A DNA stretch of 41,817 nt from an uncultured Collinsella sp. (GCA_900545905.1 URBA01000001.1:1-41817); one strand, 5' to 3'. Positions 27,609-36,440 are shown, counted from the first letter of the stretch. The notes: generated by a model not told the origin, from the sequence alone. A program made the numbers and translations.

Positions 27609-29855
27609 ATGACACTCGTATCCAAGACCTTTGAGCTGTACGGCAAGACCTACACCTTTGAGTCGGGCGAGCTTGCCAAGCAGGCCACCGGCGCCTGCCT
27701 GGTCAAGCAGGGCGACACCACGATGCTCGACACCGTGGTCGTCTCCAAGGAGCGCAAGAACTACGACTTCTTCCCGCTGACCGTCGACTTCAACGAGAAG
27801 ATGTACGCCGCCGGCCGCATCCCGGGTGGTTACCTCAAGCGTGAGGGCCGTCCCAGCGAGAAGGCCACGCTCACCGCGCGCATGATCGACCGTCCGATTC
27901 GCCCGAGCTTCCCGGACGGCTTCCGCAACGAGGTGCACATCGTCGCCACCTCGCTCGTCGCCGATCAGGTCAACCCCTTCGACGTCATCAACGTCATGGG
28001 TGCTTCCCTGGCTATGACGCTCGGTGGCGTGCCCTTCGAGGGTCCGCTTGCCTGCGTGCGCATCGGCCGCAACGTGGAGACTGGCGAGTTTATCGTCAAC
28101 CCCACCTACGAGGAGCGCGAGAACTCCGATCTGGACCTGGAGCTGGGCGGCTCTGCCGACTTCATCTCGATGGTCGAGGCCGGCGCCGAGGAGATCTCCG
28201 AGGACGACATGCTCGCCGCCATGAAGTTTGGCCAGGAGGCCCTTGCTGCTTTCTGCCAGGCCCAGGACGAGTTTGTCGCCGAGTGGGAGCAGGTCAACGG
28301 CCCCATCGTCAAGAAGGAGTACCCGCTCGACCAGCCCGTCGAGGAGGTCCAGGAGCGCATCTTCGCCCACTACGACGAGATGGCGGCCGCCCTTCGTGAT
28401 GCCGACAAGCTCTCTCGTATCGGTAAGGTTGAGGCTCTGAAGGAGTCCATCCGCGCCGAGTTTACCGAGGAGGAGCAGGCCGCTTGGGAGCGCGAGATCC
28501 CCGTGGCGCTCAAGAAGCTCGAGAAGAAGGCCATGCGCACCATGGTCGTCGAGACTGGTGAGCGCGTCGACGGCCGTGCCGCCGATGAGATCCGTCCCAT
28601 CATGGTGAAGGACAACTACCTGCCGCTCGTTCACGGCTCCGGCCTGTTCCAGCGCGGCCAGACCCAGGTGCTTTCCGTCCTGTCGCTCGGCATGCTCAAC
28701 GAGGGCCAGCGTCTGGATACCATCGAGCCCACCGAGGGCAAGCGCTATATGCACCACTACAACTTCCCGCCGTTCTGCACCGGCGAGACCGGCCGCATGG
28801 GCAGCCCCAAGCGCCGCGAGATCGGCCATGGCAACCTGGCCGAGCGCGCCCTGCTTCCGGTGCTCCCCGACGAGAACGAGTTCCCCTACGCCATCCGCGT
28901 CGTCTCCGAGGTCATGGAGTCCAACGGCTCCTCTTCGATGGCTTCGACCTGCGGCTCCACGCTCGCCCTTATGGACGGCGGCGTGCCCATTAAGCGCCCG
29001 GTCTCCGGTATTGCCATGGGCTTGATCCAGGAGGAGGGCAAGACCGTGGTCCTGTCCGACATCCAGGGTCTCGAGGACTTCCTGGGCGACATGGACTTTA
29101 AGGTCACCGGCACCACCGAGGGCATCACCGCCCTCCAGATGGACAACAAGGCCACCGGCCTCACCTTCGACATCTTGGCCCGCGCCCTGCAGCAGGCCAA
29201 GGAGGGTCGCGCCTTCATTCTGCAGAAGATGCTCGATGTGATCCCCGAGCCGCGCCACACCACGCGCAGCACCGCTCCGCGCATCGTCTCCATTCAGGTT
29301 CCGACCGACAAGATCCGCGACGTCATCGGTTCCGGCGGTAAGGTCATCCGCGGCATCCAGGACGAGACCGGCGCCTCGGTCGACATCCAGGAGGACGGCA
29401 CCGTCTTTGTCGGCGGCACCGGCGAATCCGTCGACCAGGCCGTCGAGCGCATCAAGCTCATCATCAAGGTTCCCGAGCCGGGCGAGGAGTACACCGGTCG
29501 CGTGGTCTCCATCCAGCCCTTCGGCGCCTTCGTGAACCTGCTGCCCGGTAAGGACGGCCTGCTGCACATCTCCCGCGTCGCCAAGGGCCGCGTGGAGAAG
29601 GTCGAGGACGTCCTCAACGTCGGCGACGAGGTCAAGGTCGTCGTCATCGAGGTCGACGATCGCGGTAAGATCTCGCTCGATCGTCTGGATAAGCCCGAGG
29701 CCCCGGCACGTGCTGAGGGTGCCTCCGAGGGCGACGGCGAGCACTTCCAGCGTCGTGAGCGTCCGCGTCGCGAGCGCTCCGAGCGCAACGACCGTCCGCG
29801 CCGTCCCGGTGACAATGGAGGCCGCAAGCCCCGCCGTCACCACGACGCGGAGTAA
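27609..29855 (+). CDS. pnp: Polyribonucleotide nucleotidyltransferase (PNPase)
   Basis: DFFPLTVD, AAGRIPGG, DRPIRP, RREIGHG, ESNGSSSMAS, GDMDFKV, KH and S1 domains. Confidence 0.98.
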   Translation: MTLVSKTFELYGKTYTFESGELAKQATGACLVKQGDTTMLDTVVVSKERKNYDFFPLTVDFNEKMYAAGRIPGGYLKREGRPSEKATLTARMIDRPIRPSFPDGFRNEVHIVATSLVADQVNPFDVINVMGASLAMTLGGVPFEGPLACVRIGRNVETGEFIVNPTYEERENSDLDLELGGSADFISMVEAGAEEISEDDMLAAMKFGQEALAAFCQAQDEFVAEWEQVNGPIVKKEYPLDQPVEEVQERIFAHYDEMAAALRDADKLSRIGKVEALKESIRAEFTEEEQAAWEREIPVALKKLEKKAMRTMVVETGERVDGRAADEIRPIMVKDNYLPLVHGSGLFQRGQTQVLSVLSLGMLNEGQRLDTIEPTEGKRYMHHYNFPPFCTGETGRMGSPKRREIGHGNLAERALLPVLPDENEFPYAIRVVSEVMESNGSSSMASTCGSTLALMDGGVPIKRPVSGIAMGLIQEEGKTVVLSDIQGLEDFLGDMDFKVTGTTEGITALQMDNKATGLTFDILARALQQAKEGRAFILQKMLDVIPEPRHTTRSTAPRIVSIQVPTDKIRDVIGSGGKVIRGIQDETGASVDIQEDGTVFVGGTGESVDQAVERIKLIIKVPEPGEEYTGRVVSIQPFGAFVNLLPGKDGLLHISRVAKGRVEKVEDVLNVGDEVKVVVIEVDDRGKISLDRLDKPEAPARAEGASEGDGEHFQRRERPRRERSERNDRPRRPGDNGGRKPRRHHDAE

Positions 29856-29878
29856 CAGCCGTACATAATCAGCTCAAC

Positions 29879-29907
29879 AAGGGCGACTCCTAAGGGGTCG
29901 CCCTTTT
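29879..29907 (+). terminator. Intrinsic terminator after pnp
   Basis: AAGGGCGACTCC-TAA-GGGGTCGCCCTT-TT. Confidence 0.85.
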
Positions 29908-30047
29908 GCTATTCCCGGCGGGGTCCGCGGGTAAAGTTTCCTGCTCTACAGTCCTGCTCGCACGGAGAGCACATTAAGTGCTCTCCGGCTCGTGCGGAAC
30001 TCGCGATAAACTTTACCCGCGGCCCCCGCCGGGAATAGCAAAAGGGC
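29900..30047 (+). repeat. Long palindromic element copy 1 (40-bp arms + 68-nt conserved core)
   Basis: Arms 29900-29939 and 30008-30047 are reverse complements at 39/40 positions. Core 29940-30007 has the inner hairpin GGAGAGCAC-ATTAA-GTGCTCTCC. Confidence 0.92.
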
Positions 30048-30171
30048 TGGTTGGTGCCGCTCGCTATTGAGTTAGACAGTCTATTCAGTAGTCAGATTTC
30101 AGATCTGTAGATAGCCGCAGCAGCATTTCCTCAGATAAAACCTACCTAAATAAACCTGTCTCTTATTGGTA

Positions 30172-30312
30172 GGTCTGGTCTCAGCGGGCCCGGCACGGGC
30201 TAAGTTTATCGCGAGTTCCGCACGCAAAGGAAAGCACTTAATGTGCTTTCCGTCTTGCGCAGGACTGTAGAGCAGGAAACTTAGCCCGTGCCGGGCCCGC
30301 TGAGACCAGACC
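30172..30312 (-). repeat. Long palindromic element copy 2 (36-bp arms + 69-nt core), inverted relative to copy 1
   Basis: Arms 30172-30207 and 30277-30312 are perfect reverse complements. The reverse complement of core 30208-30276 matches core 1 at both ends (CCTGCTCTACAGTCCTGC, CGTGCGGAACTCGCGAT). Confidence 0.92.
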
Positions 30313-30500
30313 GGCGAGGTACACAGGTTCAGATGGGGCTTTGATGCATGGGTGGTCTGTTGGTGGGCAAATGGGTATCATACTGTGGTTATTGCATCGA
30401 CTCTGTGATGCTTTGTTGTACGTTCCCGGCGGTCGGTTTGCCAGAAGCGCCCCGTCGGTTGTTCCAGACCCGTTTCGAAGAAAGGAAACCACACGAACCT

Positions 30501-32171
30501 ATGGCAGCTAAAAAATCATCTCCCTTGAAGATCATTCCGCTCGGCGGCCTTGACGGCATCGGCAAGAACATGACGGTCTTCGAGTGCGGCGACGACATGG
30601 TGCTCGTTGACGCCGGCCTCATGTTCCCCGACGACTCTCAGCCCGGTATCGACCTGGTGCTTCCCGACTACACCTATGTCCTGGAGAACGAGGAGAAGCT
30701 CCGCGGCATCATCGTCACCCACGGCCACGAGGACCACACTGGTTCGCTTCCGTACCTGCTGCAGGATCTCAACAACAAGGTGCCCATCTTCTCGAGCAAG
30801 CTGACGCTCGGTTTTATCGAGGGCAAGCTCTCCGAGTTCCGCATCCGCGCACCTAAGTTCCGCGAGGTCAAGGGCGGAAGCCATGTCAATCTCGGTGGCA
30901 TCTCGCTCGATTTCTTCTCCATGACGCACTCCATTCCGGGTGCACTGGGCGTGTTCATTCGCACCAACCAGGGCACCGTTATGCACACGGGTGACTTTAA
31001 GCTCGATCAGACGCCCATCGACGGCGTCACGCCCGACTATGCCGCCATCAGCCGCTTTGCCAAGCAGGGCATCGACCTGCTGCTTTCCGACTCCACCAAC
31101 GCCACGGTTCCGGGCTTTACCAAGTCCGAGGCCGAGGTTGGTCCCAACCTGCTGCATGCCATCAAGAACGCCCCGGGTCGCGTGTTCGTCGCGTCGTTCT
31201 CGAGCCACATCCATCGCCTGCAGCAGATCTGCGACGCCGCCCGCAAGTGCGGCCGCAAGGTCGTCGTGACTGGACGTTCCATGCTCACCAACACCCGCGT
31301 GGCGCGCGAGTTGGGCTACCTCAACATCGACGATGCCGATATCATTGATGCCTTCGATATCGATAACCTGCCCGACGACAAGATCGTCGTCATGTGCACC
31401 GGTTCGCAGGGCGAGCCGCTGTCGGCCCTGTCCCGCATGGCCAACGGCGAGCACAAGACGCTTTCTATCCACGAAGGCGATACCGTCATTCTCTCGGCAA
31501 CTCCCGTTCCCGGCAACGAGAAGGCCGTTCAGCAGGTCGTCAACAGCCTGGCCAAGCTTGGCTGCGACGTCTGGGATAAGTCCCGCGCCCTCGTTCACGT
31601 CTCGGGGCACGGCAGCCAGGAGGAACTCAAGCTCCTCATGGCCATGGCCAAGCCCACCTACTTTATGCCGGTTCACGGCGAGGCCGTGCATCTGCGCGCC
31701 CATGCCCAGCTTGCTCGTAAGATGGGCATCAAGGATGATCACATCTTTATCCTCGATAACGGCGACACGCTCGAGATGCGTGGCGGTATCGTCAAGCGCG
31801 GTACGCCCGTCGAGTCCGGCGTCGTCTATGTTGACGGTCTGCGCATCGGCGACACCGACCCCATTGTCCTGCGCGATCGCCAAAAGCTCGCCAATGACGG
31901 TATGGTCACGGCCGTTGCCATCGTCTCGCTCAAGCATAAGAAGATCGAGGCTATCGAGTTCTCGGGCCGCGGTGTTTCGTTTGCCATCGACGACCAGTTC
32001 TCCGAGGATGCCTCAGCAGCCATCATGAAAACGATCGAGAAGGGTAAGTTTACCTTTACCAGCAGCGGCTCCGATGCCATTCGCAAAGCCGTGCGCGATT
32101 CGCTCTCCAACTTTATCTGGAGCCGTACGCGCACCCGTCCGATGATCATCCCGGTCGTCATGGAGGTTTAG
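30501..32171 (+). CDS. rnj: Ribonuclease J
   Basis: IIPLGGL.GIGKNM, THGHEDHTG, HSIP, HTGDFK, DSTNA, TGSQGEP, HVSGH, MPVHGE, RPMIIPV. Confidence 0.97.
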   Translation: MAAKKSSPLKIIPLGGLDGIGKNMTVFECGDDMVLVDAGLMFPDDSQPGIDLVLPDYTYVLENEEKLRGIIVTHGHEDHTGSLPYLLQDLNNKVPIFSSKLTLGFIEGKLSEFRIRAPKFREVKGGSHVNLGGISLDFFSMTHSIPGALGVFIRTNQGTVMHTGDFKLDQTPIDGVTPDYAAISRFAKQGIDLLLSDSTNATVPGFTKSEAEVGPNLLHAIKNAPGRVFVASFSSHIHRLQQICDAARKCGRKVVVTGRSMLTNTRVARELGYLNIDDADIIDAFDIDNLPDDKIVVMCTGSQGEPLSALSRMANGEHKTLSIHEGDTVILSATPVPGNEKAVQQVVNSLAKLGCDVWDKSRALVHVSGHGSQEELKLLMAMAKPTYFMPVHGEAVHLRAHAQLARKMGIKDDHIFILDNGDTLEMRGGIVKRGTPVESGVVYVDGLRIGDTDPIVLRDRQKLANDGMVTAVAIVSLKHKKIEAIEFSGRGVSFAIDDQFSEDASAAIMKTIEKGKFTFTSSGSDAIRKAVRDSLSNFIWSRTRTRPMIIPVVMEV

Positions 32172-32172
32172 T

Positions 32173-34953
32173 TTGGCGCGCGGATCTGCACAAAACGCCA
32201 AAGGCAACAAAGCCAACAACCAACCGGCATCTGCTAAGGGTGCCGGTTCCCATCTGCGTGCCAATAAGGGCCACGAGTCCGAGTTCGATGAGTTCGAGCC
32301 CCTGGTCGAGCCTTCGGCCAATCGCGATATCGCCGGCGTGGTCATTGCCGTTTTGGCGATTGCGTCCTTTATTGCTGTGATTTCCCCGGCAACGGCGCCC
32401 GTGACAGCTGCGGTTGCCGGTTTCTACCACCTTGGCTTTGGCCTGGGCGCCTACGTGCTGCCGATCGTCATCTTGCTGTTTGCCGCCACGCTCTTTTTGG
32501 GTGAGGACTCGCCGCTCAACATTCGCTCGGTCGCGGGTGGCGCCGTGGTGTTTGTGGCCATTGTCTCTATCCTGTCGCTGATGGTGCCGGGCACGAGCGA
32601 TTCGTGCGACCTCATGTTTACGCCGCAAAACCTATCTGCGTCGGGCGGATACATTGGCGCCTTTATCGCAAGTACCTTGCAAAACGCCCTGGGTAAACCT
32701 ATTGCCATGGTTGTCTTGCTTGGGCTTGTCGTCGTTGGCCTGGTCATTATCGGCTTTTCGGTGGGCGGCGTTTTGCGCTCCGCACGCGATCGCGCCGCCG
32801 ATTTTGCCGAGCGCCGTCGTGCCGATGTCAATGTGAGCCCGTGGGGCGACGAAGAGGCCCTGTCGGTTCCCGGCGTCGCCCGTCCGCACCTGAGCATTCT
32901 GCGCCAGAAGGGAACTGATGCCGCGGTGACCACGGTCATGGGAGGCGATGCCGACCCGGTTTTGGATGACGTCGAGGACGATGACCCGTTTGTCGACGTG
33001 TCCGAGGCCGTGGAGGCCGAGCGCGCTAAGACCACGCTGCTGCCGCGTCGTCATGCCAAGAAGGGCAAGGCCGCGCCCAAGCTCAACACGAGCGAGCCCG
33101 ACCCGTCTTGGTCCGATAGCGAAATCGAACTCACCGAGGGCGATGACGAGGACGACGAGACTCCGCTCGAGACCGCCAAGACAACCTTGCTGCCGCGTCG
33201 CCGTGCCAAGGCAGGACAGGTCACCGGACAGTTTTCGATAGAAGACGACCCGGACAATGCTGACGAGTCAGAACCGCCGTTTGCCGTGAATCCCGTTTCG
33301 GCAGCTCCGCAGATTCCCGACTTCCTAAAGCATCCCAAGGTTGCCGATGCCTCCAGCTCTACGACTTCAGCTGCTCCTGTTGCAGCCGGTGATGGGGGAG
33401 CGGACGGTACTGCTGCCGGTGTCGAGGGCGAACAAGAGGACGGCCTCAAGCTCCCGCCGCTCGAAATCCTGCACGCCAATCCGCAGTCGGCGTCCTCCGC
33501 GTCTTCTGATAAGGAACTGGAACAGACTGCCGAGTCGTTGCAGTCTACCCTGCTCGAGTTTGGCCGTAGCGCTCGCGTCGTCGGCTGGATTGCCGGCCCC
33601 ACGGTCACGACCTTTAAGCTGCAGCCCGGCGAGGGCGAGCGCGTGAGCAAGATCTCGAGCCTCGAGGACGATATCGCGCTTTCGCTTGCCGCCCAGTCGG
33701 TGCGCATTTTCGCGCCGATTCCCGGCACCTCGCTCGTGGGCATCGAGATCCCCAATCGCAAGCGTCAGAACGTCAACCTGGGCGACGTGCTTCCCTATGT
33801 GAAGGGTGGCCCGCTCGAGCTGGCCATCGGTCGCGATGCCGAGGGCACTCCGGTTGTCGCCGACCTCGCTAAGATGCCCCACTTGCTGATTGCCGGTACC
33901 ACCGGTTCCGGTAAGTCGGTCATGATCAACTCCATCATCACGACCTTGCTCATGCGCGCTCTTCCCGAGGACGTTCGCCTGATCATGGTCGATCCCAAGC
34001 GCGTCGAGCTTGCGGGCTATAACGGCCTGCCGCATCTCTACGTGCCCGTGGTGACCGAGCCCAAGCAGGCTGCCAGTGCACTTCAGTGGGCCGTGTCCGA
34101 GATGGAGCGTCGCCTGAAGGTGTTCGAGCGCCTCAACGTTCGCAAGATCTCGACGTATAACGAAAAGCAGGCCGCCGGCGAGTTTGAGCATTACGATAAC
34201 CCACCGCAAAAGATGCCCTACCTGGTCATCATCATCGACGAGCTTTCGGACCTGATGATGGTCGCCGGCAAGGATGTCGAGGCCTCGATCGTCCGTATCG
34301 CCCAGCTGGGCCGCGCCGCCGGTATTCACCTTATCGTGGCTACGCAGCGCCCCAGCTCCAACGTGGTGACGGGCCTTATTAAGGCCAACATCACCAACCG
34401 TATTGCTTTTAACGTGGCTACGGGCATCGATTCCCGCGTCATTATCGACCAGATGGGCGCCGAAAAGCTTACTGGTTTGGGCGACATGCTGTTCTCCAAG
34501 GTCGACTGGGGCAAGCCCCGCCGTATCCAGGGCTGCTTTGTCTCGGACGATGAGATCAACGAGATCGTCGAGTTCGTTAAGTCGCAAAGCGAGCCCGACT
34601 ATCACGAGGAGATTCTGTCTGCTGTGGCGCCCGCTTCCATGTCTGTGGCTGGTGGCGGCGGCATTGTTCGCACGGGCGTTGCCGAGCCGCAAGATGACGA
34701 CCCGCTTATCTGGGAGGCCGCCCATATTGTGGTGGAATCGCAGCTTGGCTCCACATCTGGCCTGCAACGCCGCCTTAAGGTTGGTTATGCGCGTGCCGGG
34801 CGTATTATGGACATGCTGGAAGAGAAGGGTGTCGTCGGCCCACCCGACGGCTCTAAGCCGCGCGAGGTCCTGCTGGATGAGGAGGGGCTTGCCGCGCTGG
34901 AGTCTGTCGACGCCGAAATGGCACGTGAAGATCGTGAGTTTGGAGGATTCTGA
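32173..34953 (+). CDS. ftsK: DNA translocase FtsK/SpoIIIE
   Basis: N-terminal TM segments, acidic linker, MPHLLIAGTTGSGKS, IIDELSDLMM, ATQRPS, gamma domain LQRRLKVGYARAGRIMD. Confidence 0.96.
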   Translation: MARGSAQNAKGNKANNQPASAKGAGSHLRANKGHESEFDEFEPLVEPSANRDIAGVVIAVLAIASFIAVISPATAPVTAAVAGFYHLGFGLGAYVLPIVILLFAATLFLGEDSPLNIRSVAGGAVVFVAIVSILSLMVPGTSDSCDLMFTPQNLSASGGYIGAFIASTLQNALGKPIAMVVLLGLVVVGLVIIGFSVGGVLRSARDRAADFAERRRADVNVSPWGDEEALSVPGVARPHLSILRQKGTDAAVTTVMGGDADPVLDDVEDDDPFVDVSEAVEAERAKTTLLPRRHAKKGKAAPKLNTSEPDPSWSDSEIELTEGDDEDDETPLETAKTTLLPRRRAKAGQVTGQFSIEDDPDNADESEPPFAVNPVSAAPQIPDFLKHPKVADASSSTTSAAPVAAGDGGADGTAAGVEGEQEDGLKLPPLEILHANPQSASSASSDKELEQTAESLQSTLLEFGRSARVVGWIAGPTVTTFKLQPGEGERVSKISSLEDDIALSLAAQSVRIFAPIPGTSLVGIEIPNRKRQNVNLGDVLPYVKGGPLELAIGRDAEGTPVVADLAKMPHLLIAGTTGSGKSVMINSIITTLLMRALPEDVRLIMVDPKRVELAGYNGLPHLYVPVVTEPKQAASALQWAVSEMERRLKVFERLNVRKISTYNEKQAAGEFEHYDNPPQKMPYLVIIIDELSDLMMVAGKDVEASIVRIAQLGRAAGIHLIVATQRPSSNVVTGLIKANITNRIAFNVATGIDSRVIIDQMGAEKLTGLGDMLFSKVDWGKPRRIQGCFVSDDEINEIVEFVKSQSEPDYHEEILSAVAPASMSVAGGGGIVRTGVAEPQDDDPLIWEAAHIVVESQLGSTSGLQRRLKVGYARAGRIMDMLEEKGVVGPPDGSKPREVLLDEEGLAALESVDAEMAREDREFGGF

Positions 34954-36440
34954 TGGCTGCACGCTTTGGTGACATGCTGCTCGAGCAGCGTCGCCGGATG
35001 GGCCTTTCCATCCAGCAGGTCGCCAACACCATCAAAATCAGGCCGCAGATCATCGAGTTTTTCGAGACCGGTAACTTTGCATCGATGCCCCCGCGTGGCT
35101 ATGCGCAGGGCATGATTTCGAGCTACGCTCGTTTTTTGGGGCTTAACCCGCGCGAGGTCGTCAACGCTTATTTTGACGACCTCATGGCATATGAACGCGA
35201 GACCTCGCAGCAGGGCGGTCGTTTTCAGGATGCTGCCGGCTACGTTAACTCGCGTTCGTCGGTCGATAACGGCCGCTTTCTGATGGTTCAGGGAGGACGC
35301 TCGACGCGGTACGGCCAGCGTCCTCCGCAGGCTGGTTATATCACCGAGACGGGCTCTAGCGAGGAGATTCGTTCTCAGCGAGATCGCTTTCGCAGTACGC
35401 CCATGCCGGATGACCGCGCGCTTCCCGCCGCTCGCGGGTTGAGTCGCGATCCTCGCGCCGGTTACGGCGACGGTGGCTACTCCGGTCGTGGTTATCGCGG
35501 AGTTTCTGCCGGGCGTTCCCGCGGTGGATATGCCGACGCCGATACCACGCAGGTGACGCCGCGCCTCCGTTCCCAATCGCAGCCTTACGGTCAGCGCTCT
35601 TCGGCGCCTCGCTCTGACCAGCGTGGCTATCAGAACCGTGGTGAGCTTGCGCCGCGTTCGGGCCAGCGTGGCTCGCAGCGCCAGGGCGGCTATCGTGGTC
35701 GTCCCGATAGCGGTCGCGGCCGTATGCCGCAGGGGAATGGCCGTGGCGGCTCCAATCGCGGACGCGGCGGTGGACGTGCTCCTCAGAACAATGGTCTCGA
35801 TCCGCGCATCATCTACGCCGGCATCGGTGCCGTGGCACTTTTGCTGATTTTGCTCATCGTGGTCCTCCTGCGTGGCTGCGGCTCTTCTGCACCCGAGCCG
35901 ACGCCCGAGACGCCCGCGGCCACCAAGACGACGACCAAGAAGTCTTCCAAGAAGACCGAATCCGTTGATGAGGATGAAGGCACCGACGATGCGACGGATT
36001 CTGCCGATTCCGATGCCACCATGGCGACGGTAAAAAAGGAAGAGGACGAGGTCATCAAGGTCAAGGTTTCCGTTGCCAAGGGCAAGACCGCCTGGATTGA
36101 GGTCAAGGTCGACGGCAAATCGGTCTACGGCGCCCAGGCGACCGGTCCCTTTGAGCAGGAGTACACGCCCGAGTCCTCGATCGAGATCACCACGTCCAAG
36201 CCCTCCGATGTCACGGTTACCAAGAACGGTGAAAAGGTCCGCTATGACACCAAGACATCGGGCGTGGCGCGCGTGACCATTACCGTTCCCAAGAAGGAGT
36301 CCACAGACTCCAAGGACGGCGAGGGTACCGACGGCACCGATACTGCCGACGGCACCGACGCCCAGTCTGCCGACGGCGCCGATGCTCAGTCTGCCGACGG
36401 CACCGACACGGCATCCGACGGCCAGGCAGCAAACGATTAG
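34953..36440 (+). CDS. rodZ: RodZ-like protein (HTH_25, long low-complexity linker, TM, DUF4115-like domain)
   Basis: FGDMLLEQRRRMGLSIQQVANTIKIRPQ...YARFLGL, one TM helix, AWIEVKVDGK. ftsK-rodZ-rimO-pgsA context. Confidence 0.8.
   Translation: MAARFGDMLLEQRRRMGLSIQQVANTIKIRPQIIEFFETGNFASMPPRGYAQGMISSYARFLGLNPREVVNAYFDDLMAYERETSQQGGRFQDAAGYVNSRSSVDNGRFLMVQGGRSTRYGQRPPQAGYITETGSSEEIRSQRDRFRSTPMPDDRALPAARGLSRDPRAGYGDGGYSGRGYRGVSAGRSRGGYADADTTQVTPRLRSQSQPYGQRSSAPRSDQRGYQNRGELAPRSGQRGSQRQGGYRGRPDSGRGRMPQGNGRGGSNRGRGGGRAPQNNGLDPRIIYAGIGAVALLLILLIVVLLRGCGSSAPEPTPETPAATKTTTKKSSKKTESVDEDEGTDDATDSADSDATMATVKKEEDEVIKVKVSVAKGKTAWIEVKVDGKSVYGAQATGPFEQEYTPESSIEITTSKPSDVTVTKNGEKVRYDTKTSGVARVTITVPKKESTDSKDGEGTDGTDTADGTDAQSADGADAQSADGTDTASDGQAAND
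36345..36407 (+). repeat. 24-bp coding tandem repeat (ADGTDAQS-type) in the RodZ C-terminal tail
   Basis: GCCGACGGCACCGACGCCCAGTCT / GCCGACGGCGCCGATGCTCAGTCT / GCCGACGGCACCGAC. Confidence 0.8.

Noticed and set aside
27525..29843. Very long minus-strand ORFs (772 aa here; also 21001-23355, 24289-26139, 34785-36569, 33367-34962, 9204-10685, 15654-17105, 30516-31937)
   Set aside because: They mirror well-supported plus-strand genes. Stop-free antisense frames are expected with high-GC codon bias, and they show no recognisable motifs.
29900..30312. Possible CRISPR array, tRNA or integron attC sites
   Set aside because: Only two inverted copies, no direct repeat-spacer periodicity, no cas or integrase gene, no cloverleaf, and no RYYYAAC/GTTRRRY ends.
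30238..30492. 84-aa minus-strand ORF and the upstream extension of the rnj ORF (30348-30500)
   Set aside because: They overlap the palindromic element and the rnj promoter/leader. The RNase J fold starts near ATG 30501, downstream of AAAGGA.
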